DNA of 57,237 nucleotides, from NCBI GenBank assembly GCA_964621445.1, contig CAZUNO010000005.1:1-57237 (forward strand). The letters run 5' to 3'. Each line of letters opens with the position of its first letter. The first letter of the stretch is position 1. This document shows, piece after piece, positions 10,341 through 19,091 of this stretch. A program made the position numbers and the translations under genes. The stretch comes from Candidatus Hadarchaeota archaeon. Lineage in GTDB: Archaea; CAYQAE01; CAYVLA01. Under the pieces are notes generated by a model. That model made no database searches. It saw only the letters and a list, made by a program, of their open reading frames with translations, and was not told the origin of the DNA.

Positions 10341-11723
10341 TCACACCACCGGCGTTAGTTCCGGAACCGGAAATCCCTGGCTCACATCCACATCGACGTT
10401 GAACAGGCCGGTCCGGGGCATCTCCCCATATATGTAGAAGCTACCGAAGCGTTCCATGAGCTTGAGGTCCAGGTCAACCATGGTCCTGAGCTGACGGGTT
10501 GAGTCCAGGGTGGACCTGGTTATGATGATGATCAGGTCCTCCCCCAGCCTGGCCTTTGCTATCTCGTTGGCGCACTTCCTGAGGGTCCTCTGCATTCCAA
10601 ATGCGTGCTCAAAGCGATCCACGTTAATAACCCTGAGCATATGCCCCCAGGACTCATTCCTCTTCTCCTCCTCGACTCTTAGCCACATCTTCTCGCTCTC
10701 CTCCTCCGACTTCGAGAAGGTGTCCAGGACGTAGGGGAGTTCCTTATTCCCCACACCCGCAGCGAACATGGTAACGTAGGTGTCAAAGGAATCCTCCGAG
10801 ACGTACTGGGTGATATCGTTCCGGATCTGCTCGGGGGCAAACTCGGCCGGGGGGATGAATAGCACCCCGCGGTCCTTGGCAATGAAATTCAGCACGAAGG
10901 GGCGAACCAGTATATCCACCCATTGGTAGGGCACGTTGTTACCCATCTCCATCAATATGGTCCCTCCCTGCAGGCACTTTCCCACCGAATCGTCCAGCAC
11001 CGGCGAGCCACTATAGAAGGGGCATTTCTCGTCCGAAAAGGGCATCCAGGGCTCCTCTTCCTCCGGCTCCTTGATCCTCAGTGGAGGAAATCTCCTAAAG
11101 ATCCCGTTCTTCAGGGTGTATACGTATCTCAGATTTCGTATCTCGCACTCCCTCAGCTTGTCCAGACGTACGTTCCTGACCCTCCGGCCGTCTATCTCCG
11201 AGTCCGAGAGGGTTACCACCCCGTCAACCAGGAACTCAAGCACCCTGGTGTCCATGAACTCGCTCACCAGGACCAGGGTCAGACCCTCCTCCCGAGGCCA
11301 ATCCACCAGCTTCTTCTCGGCCTGTATGGCGCTATCCCCCAGCGATGAATGGATGGCATCCCAGGTATCAACGATTACCGTCGCGTCCTTGAGCCCTTCA
11401 ACCTTTGACCGTACCTCTTTCAGGATGGGAAGTCCTCCTTCCTCCCCCATGCCCGAGGTGTCAACATTGACCTCCCCCACCATTTCAGTGGCGTCGAATA
11501 TGTTGTCGACCTTGACGTACTTCCTGGCCCATGGAAACTGCTCGTACAGCTTGTCCGGTTTCACCCTGGTGGATACGTAGAATCCGTTAACGTTGGCCTT
11601 CTCCACCATCAGGGTCAGGGCCAAAGTCGACTTCCCCATTCCTGGGGCACCCTTCACCAAAAGGGAGTAACCTCCGGTTTTTTTCAGGGCCTCTGGAATC
11701 TCATCTGGAATCAGGACTGACAA
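10341..11723 (-). CDS. KaiC/RecA-superfamily P-loop ATPase, GvpD-like two-domain protein
   Basis: LLVKGAPGMGKST, YVSTRV, VIVDTWDA, EFLVDGVVTL, RLDKLR; degenerate second RecA-like domain. Confidence 0.8.
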   Translation of the reverse strand: MSVLIPDEIPEALKKTGGYSLLVKGAPGMGKSTLALTLMVEKANVNGFYVSTRVKPDKLYEQFPWARKYVKVDNIFDATEMVGEVNVDTSGMGEEGGLPILKEVRSKVEGLKDATVIVDTWDAIHSSLGDSAIQAEKKLVDWPREEGLTLVLVSEFMDTRVLEFLVDGVVTLSDSEIDGRRVRNVRLDKLRECEIRNLRYVYTLKNGIFRRFPPLRIKEPEEEEPWMPFSDEKCPFYSGSPVLDDSVGKCLQGGTILMEMGNNVPYQWVDILVRPFVLNFIAKDRGVLFIPPAEFAPEQIRNDITQYVSEDSFDTYVTMFAAGVGNKELPYVLDTFSKSEEESEKMWLRVEEEKRNESWGHMLRVINVDRFEHAFGMQRTLRKCANEIAKARLGEDLIIIITRSTLDSTRQLRTMVDLDLKLMERFGSFYIYGEMPRTGLFNVDVDVSQGFPVPELTPVV

Positions 11724-11954
11724 ATTTAGGAACCACTTTGAATTTATCTATGGGGAATGTTAATAATTTCTTATAACTATAATCGAGCCAAATTAAGCAA
11801 TCTGCAAATTCCTTGTTATATTCGCAAGTTATATGGTCCTGTGACCGGTTCAACCGGCCAGACCGGTTCCCGTTTGAGAATTGCACGCGCGAAATTCGTA
11901 AGGGACAAAATGAGCACCGCCAAAACGCAACAAAATGATACATCTCGCAGCAAA

Positions 11955-12440
11955 CTACGAGGATGCAACGGGAGGGGACTCCATACCACCCTCGAAGACC
12001 TCGTCTATCACCGACACGTCCAGGTCCCGGATACCCTCCTTCTTCCTCAGGGTCTCCATCATGTTGATTAGCTCGCCCGAATTCTTGGTGGATACAATTG
12101 CCACGATCTCGTTCTTGCTCTCGCATCTTGCTATTAGCTCCGTGCTCTCCACCTTCTGGAGCTCCTCCACCACTTCCTCCACCTTGGACTGGGTGAACAT
12201 GTCCAGTAGGTACTTCTCTATCTCAATTCTCAACAGAGCCCGAACCGTGTACCCCAGCTTCTCGTGGTCTATGAGGACGGTGAACTTCTTGATGATGCCG
12301 TTATCTATCAGCTTCTTTACCCGGAAGTGAACCGTGGTATCAGGTATATCCAGCTTCTCCCCTATCTTGGTGAAGGGGGTCTTGGCGTCCTCCTGCAGTT
12401 TACCTATGATCTTCAGGTCAGTCTCATCGAGCTGGTACAA
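11955..12440 (-). CDS. Lrp/AsnC family transcriptional regulator
   Basis: LDETDLKIIGKLQEDAK...TVHFRVKKLIDNGIIKKF...IDHEKLG HTH signature; GGAGG SD before TTG. Confidence 0.92.
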   Translation of the reverse strand: MYQLDETDLKIIGKLQEDAKTPFTKIGEKLDIPDTTVHFRVKKLIDNGIIKKFTVLIDHEKLGYTVRALLRIEIEKYLLDMFTQSKVEEVVEELQKVESTELIARCESKNEIVAIVSTKNSGELINMMETLRKKEGIRDLDVSVIDEVFEGGMESPPVASS

Positions 12441-12632
12441 GCAACGTCCTCCGGGGGGTATATCTTCATTTTTGGCGTTCTCCGCGAGATTCTCTATTGG
12501 TGTAATAGATTTCGCACATTACTCGTATAAATATGTTGCGTTCGCAATTTCTCTGTAGATATACCCGAGAGGTCCTATATCAAGGTGTCGATGCAGACAA
12601 AAAATTACAAGAAAGTAGAAAAACCGGGAACC

Positions 12633-13337
12633 CTAGCCCTTGACCAGGACCTCCATGCCATTGGAGCCTATCTGCATGGGGTACTTCTCCATCCTGTGGG
12701 CCGTCTTCCTCATCTTTACCACCCGGAGGAACCGCTGGAATTTCCTTTCCTGTACCTCCTCCAGAGAGAGCTGGATGACACCGTCCGCGATGTACTCCTC
12801 GACCCCGAAATTGCTGAACTGGCTCTTGGGCCCCGCCTCGGATATGAACATCGAGGTCAGACCCATCTCCTTCAACCTGGAGTTCAATATGTATAGGCTC
12901 TTCCTGGCCTGATACACGTTCTCGAAAAGCACCATCAGGGCAGATATGGAATCGATCACCAATCTCTCGGCACCTATGCTGGCCTTGGCCTCCTCTATTC
13001 CCTGTATGGTGTTCTGGATATCGAAGGTACTGGGGGATACGAAGAATCGATGAGGAATGGCCATGAGACACCTGAAGGTACCGTCCTCCTCCAGCTTCTC
13101 GAAGTTGAAACCGAAATTGCTGGTCTGTTCAAAGAATTCTGACTTGGAGGCCTCAAAACTGACGTATATGCCGCTCGATCCCTTCTCGCCCCCATTATCC
13201 AGGAAATGACTGGTCAGCAACGTCTTACCGGTTCCCGGATAACCGCTCACCAGGATGGTCGAGCAGCCCGGGTATCCACCATTGAGAAGTCCGTCCAGGC
13301 CCTTGACGCCGGTTTCAACTCTCTCTATGTTTGACAT
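12633..13337 (-). CDS. Single-domain KaiC-like ATPase
   Basis: TGVKGLDGLLNGG, GYPGTGKT, YVSFEA, RLVIDSIS, EEYIADGVI, RVVKMRKTAH. Confidence 0.92.
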   Translation of the reverse strand: MSNIERVETGVKGLDGLLNGGYPGCSTILVSGYPGTGKTLLTSHFLDNGGEKGSSGIYVSFEASKSEFFEQTSNFGFNFEKLEEDGTFRCLMAIPHRFFVSPSTFDIQNTIQGIEEAKASIGAERLVIDSISALMVLFENVYQARKSLYILNSRLKEMGLTSMFISEAGPKSQFSNFGVEEYIADGVIQLSLEEVQERKFQRFLRVVKMRKTAHRMEKYPMQIGSNGMEVLVKG

Positions 13338-13433
13338 GAACCATCAGCACCAATATGTTATTGTGAGGAAGCGATCAGCAATACCAACTCACTTCAAATT
13401 ACTTACGCTTATTTTGGAGAATATGTCTATGCA

Positions 13434-13447
13434 TTTAAATTTTTCGC
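13434..13447 (-). promoter_or_regulatory. Putative BRE/TATA promoter upstream of the kaiC-like gene
   Basis: Minus strand GCGAAAAATTTAAA, matching archaeal BRE followed by a TATA box. Confidence 0.5.
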
Positions 13448-13511
13448 ATAAATTGTATCTTTTTTAGCAAATTATTCGTTTTTTCTTTGTAACTGGCCTA
13501 GATACCTCGCC

Positions 13512-15350
13512 TCATGAACCCCATTCCACAAGACCCAGCCTCTCCAGGGTCTCCGGCCTGGGCCTCCCCCTCTCGTTCCAGCCTCTAAGCTCGTAATACT
13601 CCCCCAGCATGGAGTCCAGGTCCACGGTCTCCCCCCTGGCAGGTCCCTGGGGCATGGTCTCGGACAGGCAACGGTAGGGCAGATAGTCCTGTTCCCTGTC
13701 AAATCCCTCCCGGACGTTGAAGACTCGTGTGAGATTCCATATCCGTTCCCCGGTCTCCTTCAGGGAATTAAGCTCCTGGTACCGGTACCCGGTGGCCGCG
13801 CTAACCATTCGCTGGATCTCCCTTAGGGTGAATCCAAAGGTGCCGAACAGGCATATGCCGGCGGAATCGACCACCGATATCTCGTCCTGGCTATCCACCA
13901 CCAGCTGGGCCTTTCCCCGGGAGGCAAGGGGGTCCGCCCCACCCCTCATGGCCAGCAGCTCCTGCATGGCCGGATAGCCCCTCAGGTGACAACCTCCCCT
14001 GTCCGAGGTCGCGTAGGCCAGGGCCATTCCCTTGGCCGCCCGCGGCGAGTAGGCCGGGAGTTCCAGTCCCTTAACCTCCATGGCGAATTCACGGGACTCC
14101 GGGAAACTTTCGCTCAGCTTCCTGACCCCGCTGGCCAGGAGGGAGCCGACCTCGTTCATCTCCCCCATGCTCCTCAACATCTCCACCATGGCCTCCGGCC
14201 TCCCCCATTCGGGCTCCAACCCGCCTAGATCCTGGCTGCTTATGACCCCCTTCTCGAACATCTCCATGACGAAACCCATGATGTTCCCTGAACTTATGGT
14301 ATCCATTCCGTAAAGGTCGCACATCTTCTCCAGGTGGATGATCAGGTCGGGCCTTGAATTCCCGCACTGGGGACCGAAGCTCCAAACCGTCTCGTAGTCA
14401 GGTCCCTCGGTGGAGTCCCCCTGGAATTCTCCCTCCTCCACCAGTGAGACCTTGCTGCAGGCTATGGAACACCCGAAACAGGCGGCGTCCCTTACCCAGA
14501 ACTCCTCCCGCCACCTCTCCCCGGAAAGCTTGTCGGCGTCCTCGAAGTTTCCCCGTCTGAAGTTCATGGTGGGCAGCGCCCCTGCCTCGTTAATCGTTTC
14601 CAGGATATTGCAGGTTCCCTCCTGGGGCAGGCTCCGGACCGTGGTCTCGTTCATCCTCAGCATTCGGTGTGCCGTCCAGCAGGCCTCCCTCATCTCATCA
14701 AGGTCATGGACCTCGATTTCGTGCGAACAGCCCTTCACGCACACCGCCTTCAAATTCTTGGAACCCATGACCGCCCCGGACCCACCTCTTCCAGCCGCCC
14801 TCTTGCCGCTGAATATGCTGGAGATGGTTGAGAGCCTCTCCCCGGCCGGGCCTATAACCGCCTTCTCGTACCCGGTCCCCAGGAGCCGGTCCAGCGCCCC
14901 TTGACACTCCTGGGTATCAAGTCCCCAGAAATCCTCCGCGGAGATCAATCTGGGACCATCATCATCAGCGACCAGGGCCTTGGGCTCCTCCGATATTCCT
15001 TTAAAGACCAGCCCGTCGTAGCCGGCGAACTTCATGGCCGGGCCAAGCCCACCACCACAGTGAGCATCGAGGAAGGTTCCCGTGTGGGGACTCTTGGTAA
15101 CTATACAGAAACGGTTGCTCCCCGGGGCCATGGTACCGGTCAGGGGGCCAGAGGCCATTATGAGCAGGTTCTCGGCCGACAGGGGATCTATCCCGGCCTC
15201 CATCCGGGTTATCATCAGGAACGCGCCCAGGCCCTTCCCTCCCAGAACCAGCTCGGTCACCCGAGGCTCCAGCTCCAGTTCGTCAAAAGATCCGCTATCC
15301 AGGTCGACCTCCAGTAACTTACCCATGAAGCCCTTCCATTCCTCGCTCAT
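13512..15350 (-). CDS. aor: Aldehyde:ferredoxin oxidoreductase family protein (tungstopterin)
   Basis: TKSPHTG, AAGRGGSGAVMGSKNLKA, CFGCSIAC, GPDYET, DLYGMDTIS, EVKGLELPAYSPR, SDRGGCH. Confidence 0.93.
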   Translation of the reverse strand: MSEEWKGFMGKLLEVDLDSGSFDELELEPRVTELVLGGKGLGAFLMITRMEAGIDPLSAENLLIMASGPLTGTMAPGSNRFCIVTKSPHTGTFLDAHCGGGLGPAMKFAGYDGLVFKGISEEPKALVADDDGPRLISAEDFWGLDTQECQGALDRLLGTGYEKAVIGPAGERLSTISSIFSGKRAAGRGGSGAVMGSKNLKAVCVKGCSHEIEVHDLDEMREACWTAHRMLRMNETTVRSLPQEGTCNILETINEAGALPTMNFRRGNFEDADKLSGERWREEFWVRDAACFGCSIACSKVSLVEEGEFQGDSTEGPDYETVWSFGPQCGNSRPDLIIHLEKMCDLYGMDTISSGNIMGFVMEMFEKGVISSQDLGGLEPEWGRPEAMVEMLRSMGEMNEVGSLLASGVRKLSESFPESREFAMEVKGLELPAYSPRAAKGMALAYATSDRGGCHLRGYPAMQELLAMRGGADPLASRGKAQLVVDSQDEISVVDSAGICLFGTFGFTLREIQRMVSAATGYRYQELNSLKETGERIWNLTRVFNVREGFDREQDYLPYRCLSETMPQGPARGETVDLDSMLGEYYELRGWNERGRPRPETLERLGLVEWGS

Positions 15351-16591
15351 TGATCTCCCTTACCCTCAATTCTAAATACCTCTCGGGGGCACCATTCCTC
15401 GCATTCCGGACTTCCCCCGCACAGGTCGCATATCATAGGCCTTCCTATATCATCCAATCTGATGACCCCCACCGGGCAGGCCGACACGCATTCCCCGCAT
15501 CCATCGCACATCTCGGGATCCAACCTGACGGATCCCAGCTCCGGGTCGAAGGAAAGGGCATCCCGGGTGCAGGCATCAACGCAACGCCCGCACTGGGTGC
15601 ATACCACCGGTCGGTACCCGTTCTTGACCTTGTCGATAACCAGCCTGGAAGCAGTCAGGTCATAGGCCCCCTGGTGGGCGGCGCTGCAGGCCATCTGACA
15701 GATCCGACAACCGGTGCAGTTCCCGGCCTCGGCCACCACGATCCTCATCTTGCCCTGGGGAAGGGATTTGGTGACCCGTCTGGCAGTCTCATTTCCGTGA
15801 ACCACCCTTGATATCGATGATACCATCGCCCTGGGGTCGGGGGCCTGGATAACGTTTCGTCCAAAAACCGTCCCCCTGGCCCCGGCCCTCAGGGCCTCCT
15901 CGACCACCTCCAGGGCATCTCGCAGGGTCTTGGATTTGGCGCCTCCCAGGATCAGGATTGGTATCCCTGCAGCCTCCGTGACCCCCCTGTAGAACTCGAC
16001 GTCGTTTGTATAGGGAGCCTTGATTGCATCGGCCCCGATCTCGGCGGACATCCTTATCGATATCTTCACCAGCTCGTTATAGTTTGCCCCGGTGATCCTT
16101 TCCCCCAGGGGGATGGGCTCCACGAAAAAGGGAAGACCGACCTCGTCGCACTGGCGGGCAAACCGGGCCACCTTGGCCACGTGCTCGGCCTCCTCCCGGT
16201 CATCAGCATACCCGATGAAGAAGTAGATGACGATGGCATCGGCACCCATGGCCAGTGCCTGGCGGGGAGAGGTCATGTACCGGTGCTGGACGTGTCTGGA
16301 GGGGAGGGTATAGGTCTTGGACCGGAAAGCGTTGGTCCAGTCGGCCCTTATCAACATGGCAGGGGCCTTCCTGCCCCTGAACAGGTCTCCGATCCTGGAC
16401 GCCTGTCCCGGGCTCACCAGTATGCCGTCGGCCCCTCCCCGGGAAACCGAGCGGATTGTCCTCTTGAGATCTATAACCCCCTTTATGGGCCCCAGCATAT
16501 ACCCGTGATCGGCAGCTATTACCACTGCCCTCCCGTCGCTGGGATCTATTATACGGCTAAGCCTTATCTCCTTCCCGGGACTGGTTAACAC
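15347..16591 (-). CDS. Class I (DhnA/FbaB-type) aldolase fused to a C-terminal 4x[4Fe-4S] ferredoxin domain
   Basis: AADHGYMLGP, Schiff-base GADAIKAPY, ILGG, GRNVIQ; then CTGCRICQMAC, CTQCGRCVDAC, CDGCGECVSACP, CDLCGGSPECEEWCP. Confidence 0.88.
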   Translation of the reverse strand: MLTSPGKEIRLSRIIDPSDGRAVVIAADHGYMLGPIKGVIDLKRTIRSVSRGGADGILVSPGQASRIGDLFRGRKAPAMLIRADWTNAFRSKTYTLPSRHVQHRYMTSPRQALAMGADAIVIYFFIGYADDREEAEHVAKVARFARQCDEVGLPFFVEPIPLGERITGANYNELVKISIRMSAEIGADAIKAPYTNDVEFYRGVTEAAGIPILILGGAKSKTLRDALEVVEEALRAGARGTVFGRNVIQAPDPRAMVSSISRVVHGNETARRVTKSLPQGKMRIVVAEAGNCTGCRICQMACSAAHQGAYDLTASRLVIDKVKNGYRPVVCTQCGRCVDACTRDALSFDPELGSVRLDPEMCDGCGECVSACPVGVIRLDDIGRPMICDLCGGSPECEEWCPREVFRIEGKGDQ

Positions 16592-16592
16592 C

Positions 16593-17381
16593 TTACATAC
16601 AACCTTCCATTATATTTCGGACCCGCTCTATCTCCGCATGGATCCCCTCCTCCAGGCAGGAACCGGCAAGAACGATTCCGCCAACGCCGGCTTCCAGCCC
16701 CCTGACAAGGACATCATCCTCGGCCCTTTCCTTTAAAACCAGAAGAACCGGAGCATCGCCCGAGGCCTCGACTATATCCCCGGTGCAGCCCAACTCCTGG
16801 CTGGCGGGAACCATCACCGCGTCCGAACCGGCCTCCAGGGCCATCCGGGCCGCCATCTTCAGGCTGTCCGAGTAGTTTCCCTCGGATATCCTCTCCCCAA
16901 AGGGCCTGGCCTCCGCAATCAGGGGCATGCCGCACCTCGAGCACTCGGAGGCTTGATTGGAAACCGATTCCAGGTTATCGGCCTCGTCCCCATCATCAAC
17001 ATATCCCACAAAGAAGGTGACCACCAGGCCACATGCCCCAAGGTAGGAGGCGTGTTCGGCCCCGGAAACGGAGACGTGGGTGGTTTCCTTTCTGGGGAGC
17101 GGAAAGGAGCCGTCCCTGTCCGCGTTAGTCCAATCGGACCTTACGAGAAGCGACGGCGCTCTCTTGCCCTTGAAGAAATCCACCTGGCGAGACGCCTCCC
17201 CTGGGCTGAGGGTGATGGCATCCACCCCGACACCTATCATCTCCTCCAGCCCGGACCTCATGTCCACCAGGCCCGGCGTGGGCCCTAGGGCCAGGCCGCG
17301 ATCTGCGCTAACTATCAAACTCGGAGGACCGTCACCAACAACCCTTGATAGACGGATCTCCTTTCCGGTCTGTGAAGGCAA
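16593..17381 (-). CDS. Class I aldolase-like paralog, apparently non-catalytic
   Basis: Collinear with the downstream aldolase (GKEIRLSR, APSLLVRSDWTNA, FFVGY) but has GSDAVMVPA at the Schiff-base Lys position. Confidence 0.8.
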   Translation of the reverse strand: MPSQTGKEIRLSRVVGDGPPSLIVSADRGLALGPTPGLVDMRSGLEEMIGVGVDAITLSPGEASRQVDFFKGKRAPSLLVRSDWTNADRDGSFPLPRKETTHVSVSGAEHASYLGACGLVVTFFVGYVDDGDEADNLESVSNQASECSRCGMPLIAEARPFGERISEGNYSDSLKMAARMALEAGSDAVMVPASQELGCTGDIVEASGDAPVLLVLKERAEDDVLVRGLEAGVGGIVLAGSCLEEGIHAEIERVRNIMEGCM

Positions 17382-17495
17382 TTGAATGAACCTCCATCTC
17401 CAACCTCGTTTATCTCTTAACTATTTGGTCCCCGCGGGCCGAGAAAGACTTTTATCTCCCTCAGAGAGGCAAGGTTTCAGGAAGGTGGGGCATTA

Positions 17496-19088
17496 ATGTA
17501 CGTTCTTGCAGGTGACATTGGAACCGGAAGCACCAAATCAATCATAGTTGATATCGAGACCGGAAGCATAATCTCGAAAGCCGCGGCCGACTACAAGCCA
17601 GGATTCGTGGTTCCCAAGGAGCATCCCAACGGAGCCGAGCAGTGGCCGGATCCCTGGTGGCAGGGAGTGGTGAGCACCGCCGGAGAGGTCATGGAAAAGT
17701 CTGGGATCGACCCCCAGGACGTGGGCGCCGTTTGCTACTCCGGGCTCTACGGGGGCTCCGGAGTCCCCGTCGACAGGGACATGAAACCCCTCAGACCGTG
17801 CATGATATGGCTCGATCAGAGGGCCTACAGGGAGTGCGACATCCTCCGCGACGAGATCGGTGAGCAGACGTTCGGCGAGATCTCGGGGAACTACACCATC
17901 CATTCCTACTATGGGTACACCAAGATGTTCTGGTTCATGGTCAACGAGCCCCGCCTTTTCGAGAAGACCAGGTACTTCCTGACCCCAAATGGCTATGCCA
18001 TATACAGGATGACCGGCAACGCGGTCACAGACTACTGCTCCATGGGGAATTTCGCCGGGGTTTTCGATATCGAGAACTACGAGATCTCGGATGAGATCCT
18101 GGAGGAACTCAATAGGTCAGCACGTAAGAGGGTTTCAACCGAGTTCAAGGACCTGGAACTCACCTCGGATATGTTCGGGAAGCTGGTTTCCTCGGACGAT
18201 GTGGTGGGAGAGATCACCCCGGAGGCGGCCGATGAAATCGGGGTCCCCAAGGGTACCCCGGTGGTGGCCAGCGGGATTGACGCCCCAGTATCTCTGGTGG
18301 CCACCGGAGGGGTGGAGTCCGGGTTTAACGGCCTCATGACCGGCACCAGCTGGTGCTGGGGAATTCTCCAGGACAGGTCGGATGCGGAATATGCCGAGAG
18401 GCTCATCAACTACCCCCACGCCATCAAATCGGAGGAACTCATATATTCCTTCGGCGGTGGCGCCTACCCAGGCGGCTCCGTTGACCCCTGGTACAAGGAA
18501 AACCTGGGAGCCGGCTCGGAGGCCAAGGACCTGGACAAAATGGCCTCGGGTATCCCCCCTGGCAGCCTGGGAGTGATATTCCACCCCTTCCTCCAGGGCG
18601 AGAGGACTCCAATCTGGAACACCTCGGCCAGCGGCGGCTTCTTCGGTCTCAGGCACCTCCACCAGGCCGGCGCGATCTACAGATCGGTGCTCGAGGGGGC
18701 TGCATATCTCCATAGATGGAACGTCGACCAGGCGGTAAAATCGGGAATATCGATCGAGAAGCCCACGGTGCTGGTCGATGGGGGAAGCAAGTCCTCGGTC
18801 TGGAGGGCCATCCTGTCCGACGTGTTGCAGATAGAGATGGAGTTCATGCCCGAGTTCCCGGGAACCCCGTTCGGGGACGCTCTCATCGGGGCCGTGGGGG
18901 TAAAGGAGGTTAAGCCGGAGGCCATAAAGGAGTGGCTTCCCGAGAAGCACACGGTGGAACCCGACCCCTCCAACGCCGCGGTTTACGAGAAGGGCTACGA
19001 TCTATTCAAATCCATATATGAACGCCTCCAGGGCATCTATCCCGACTTCTACGATTTCTACCGGGAGTCCAGGAACCTCGAGGAGTGA
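17496..19088 (+). CDS. FGGY-family carbohydrate kinase (xylulokinase-like)
   Basis: AGDIGTGSTK, AEQWP, MIWLDQRA, SGIDA, TGTS, PFLQGERTP, RSVLEG, DGGSKSSVW. Confidence 0.92.
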   Translation: MYVLAGDIGTGSTKSIIVDIETGSIISKAAADYKPGFVVPKEHPNGAEQWPDPWWQGVVSTAGEVMEKSGIDPQDVGAVCYSGLYGGSGVPVDRDMKPLRPCMIWLDQRAYRECDILRDEIGEQTFGEISGNYTIHSYYGYTKMFWFMVNEPRLFEKTRYFLTPNGYAIYRMTGNAVTDYCSMGNFAGVFDIENYEISDEILEELNRSARKRVSTEFKDLELTSDMFGKLVSSDDVVGEITPEAADEIGVPKGTPVVASGIDAPVSLVATGGVESGFNGLMTGTSWCWGILQDRSDAEYAERLINYPHAIKSEELIYSFGGGAYPGGSVDPWYKENLGAGSEAKDLDKMASGIPPGSLGVIFHPFLQGERTPIWNTSASGGFFGLRHLHQAGAIYRSVLEGAAYLHRWNVDQAVKSGISIEKPTVLVDGGSKSSVWRAILSDVLQIEMEFMPEFPGTPFGDALIGAVGVKEVKPEAIKEWLPEKHTVEPDPSNAAVYEKGYDLFKSIYERLQGIYPDFYDFYRESRNLEE

Positions 19089-19091
19089 CCC

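Noticed and set aside
12633-13337. Circadian clock
   Set aside because: Single-domain KaiC-like protein with no kaiA or kaiB; such ATPases are widespread archaeal regulators
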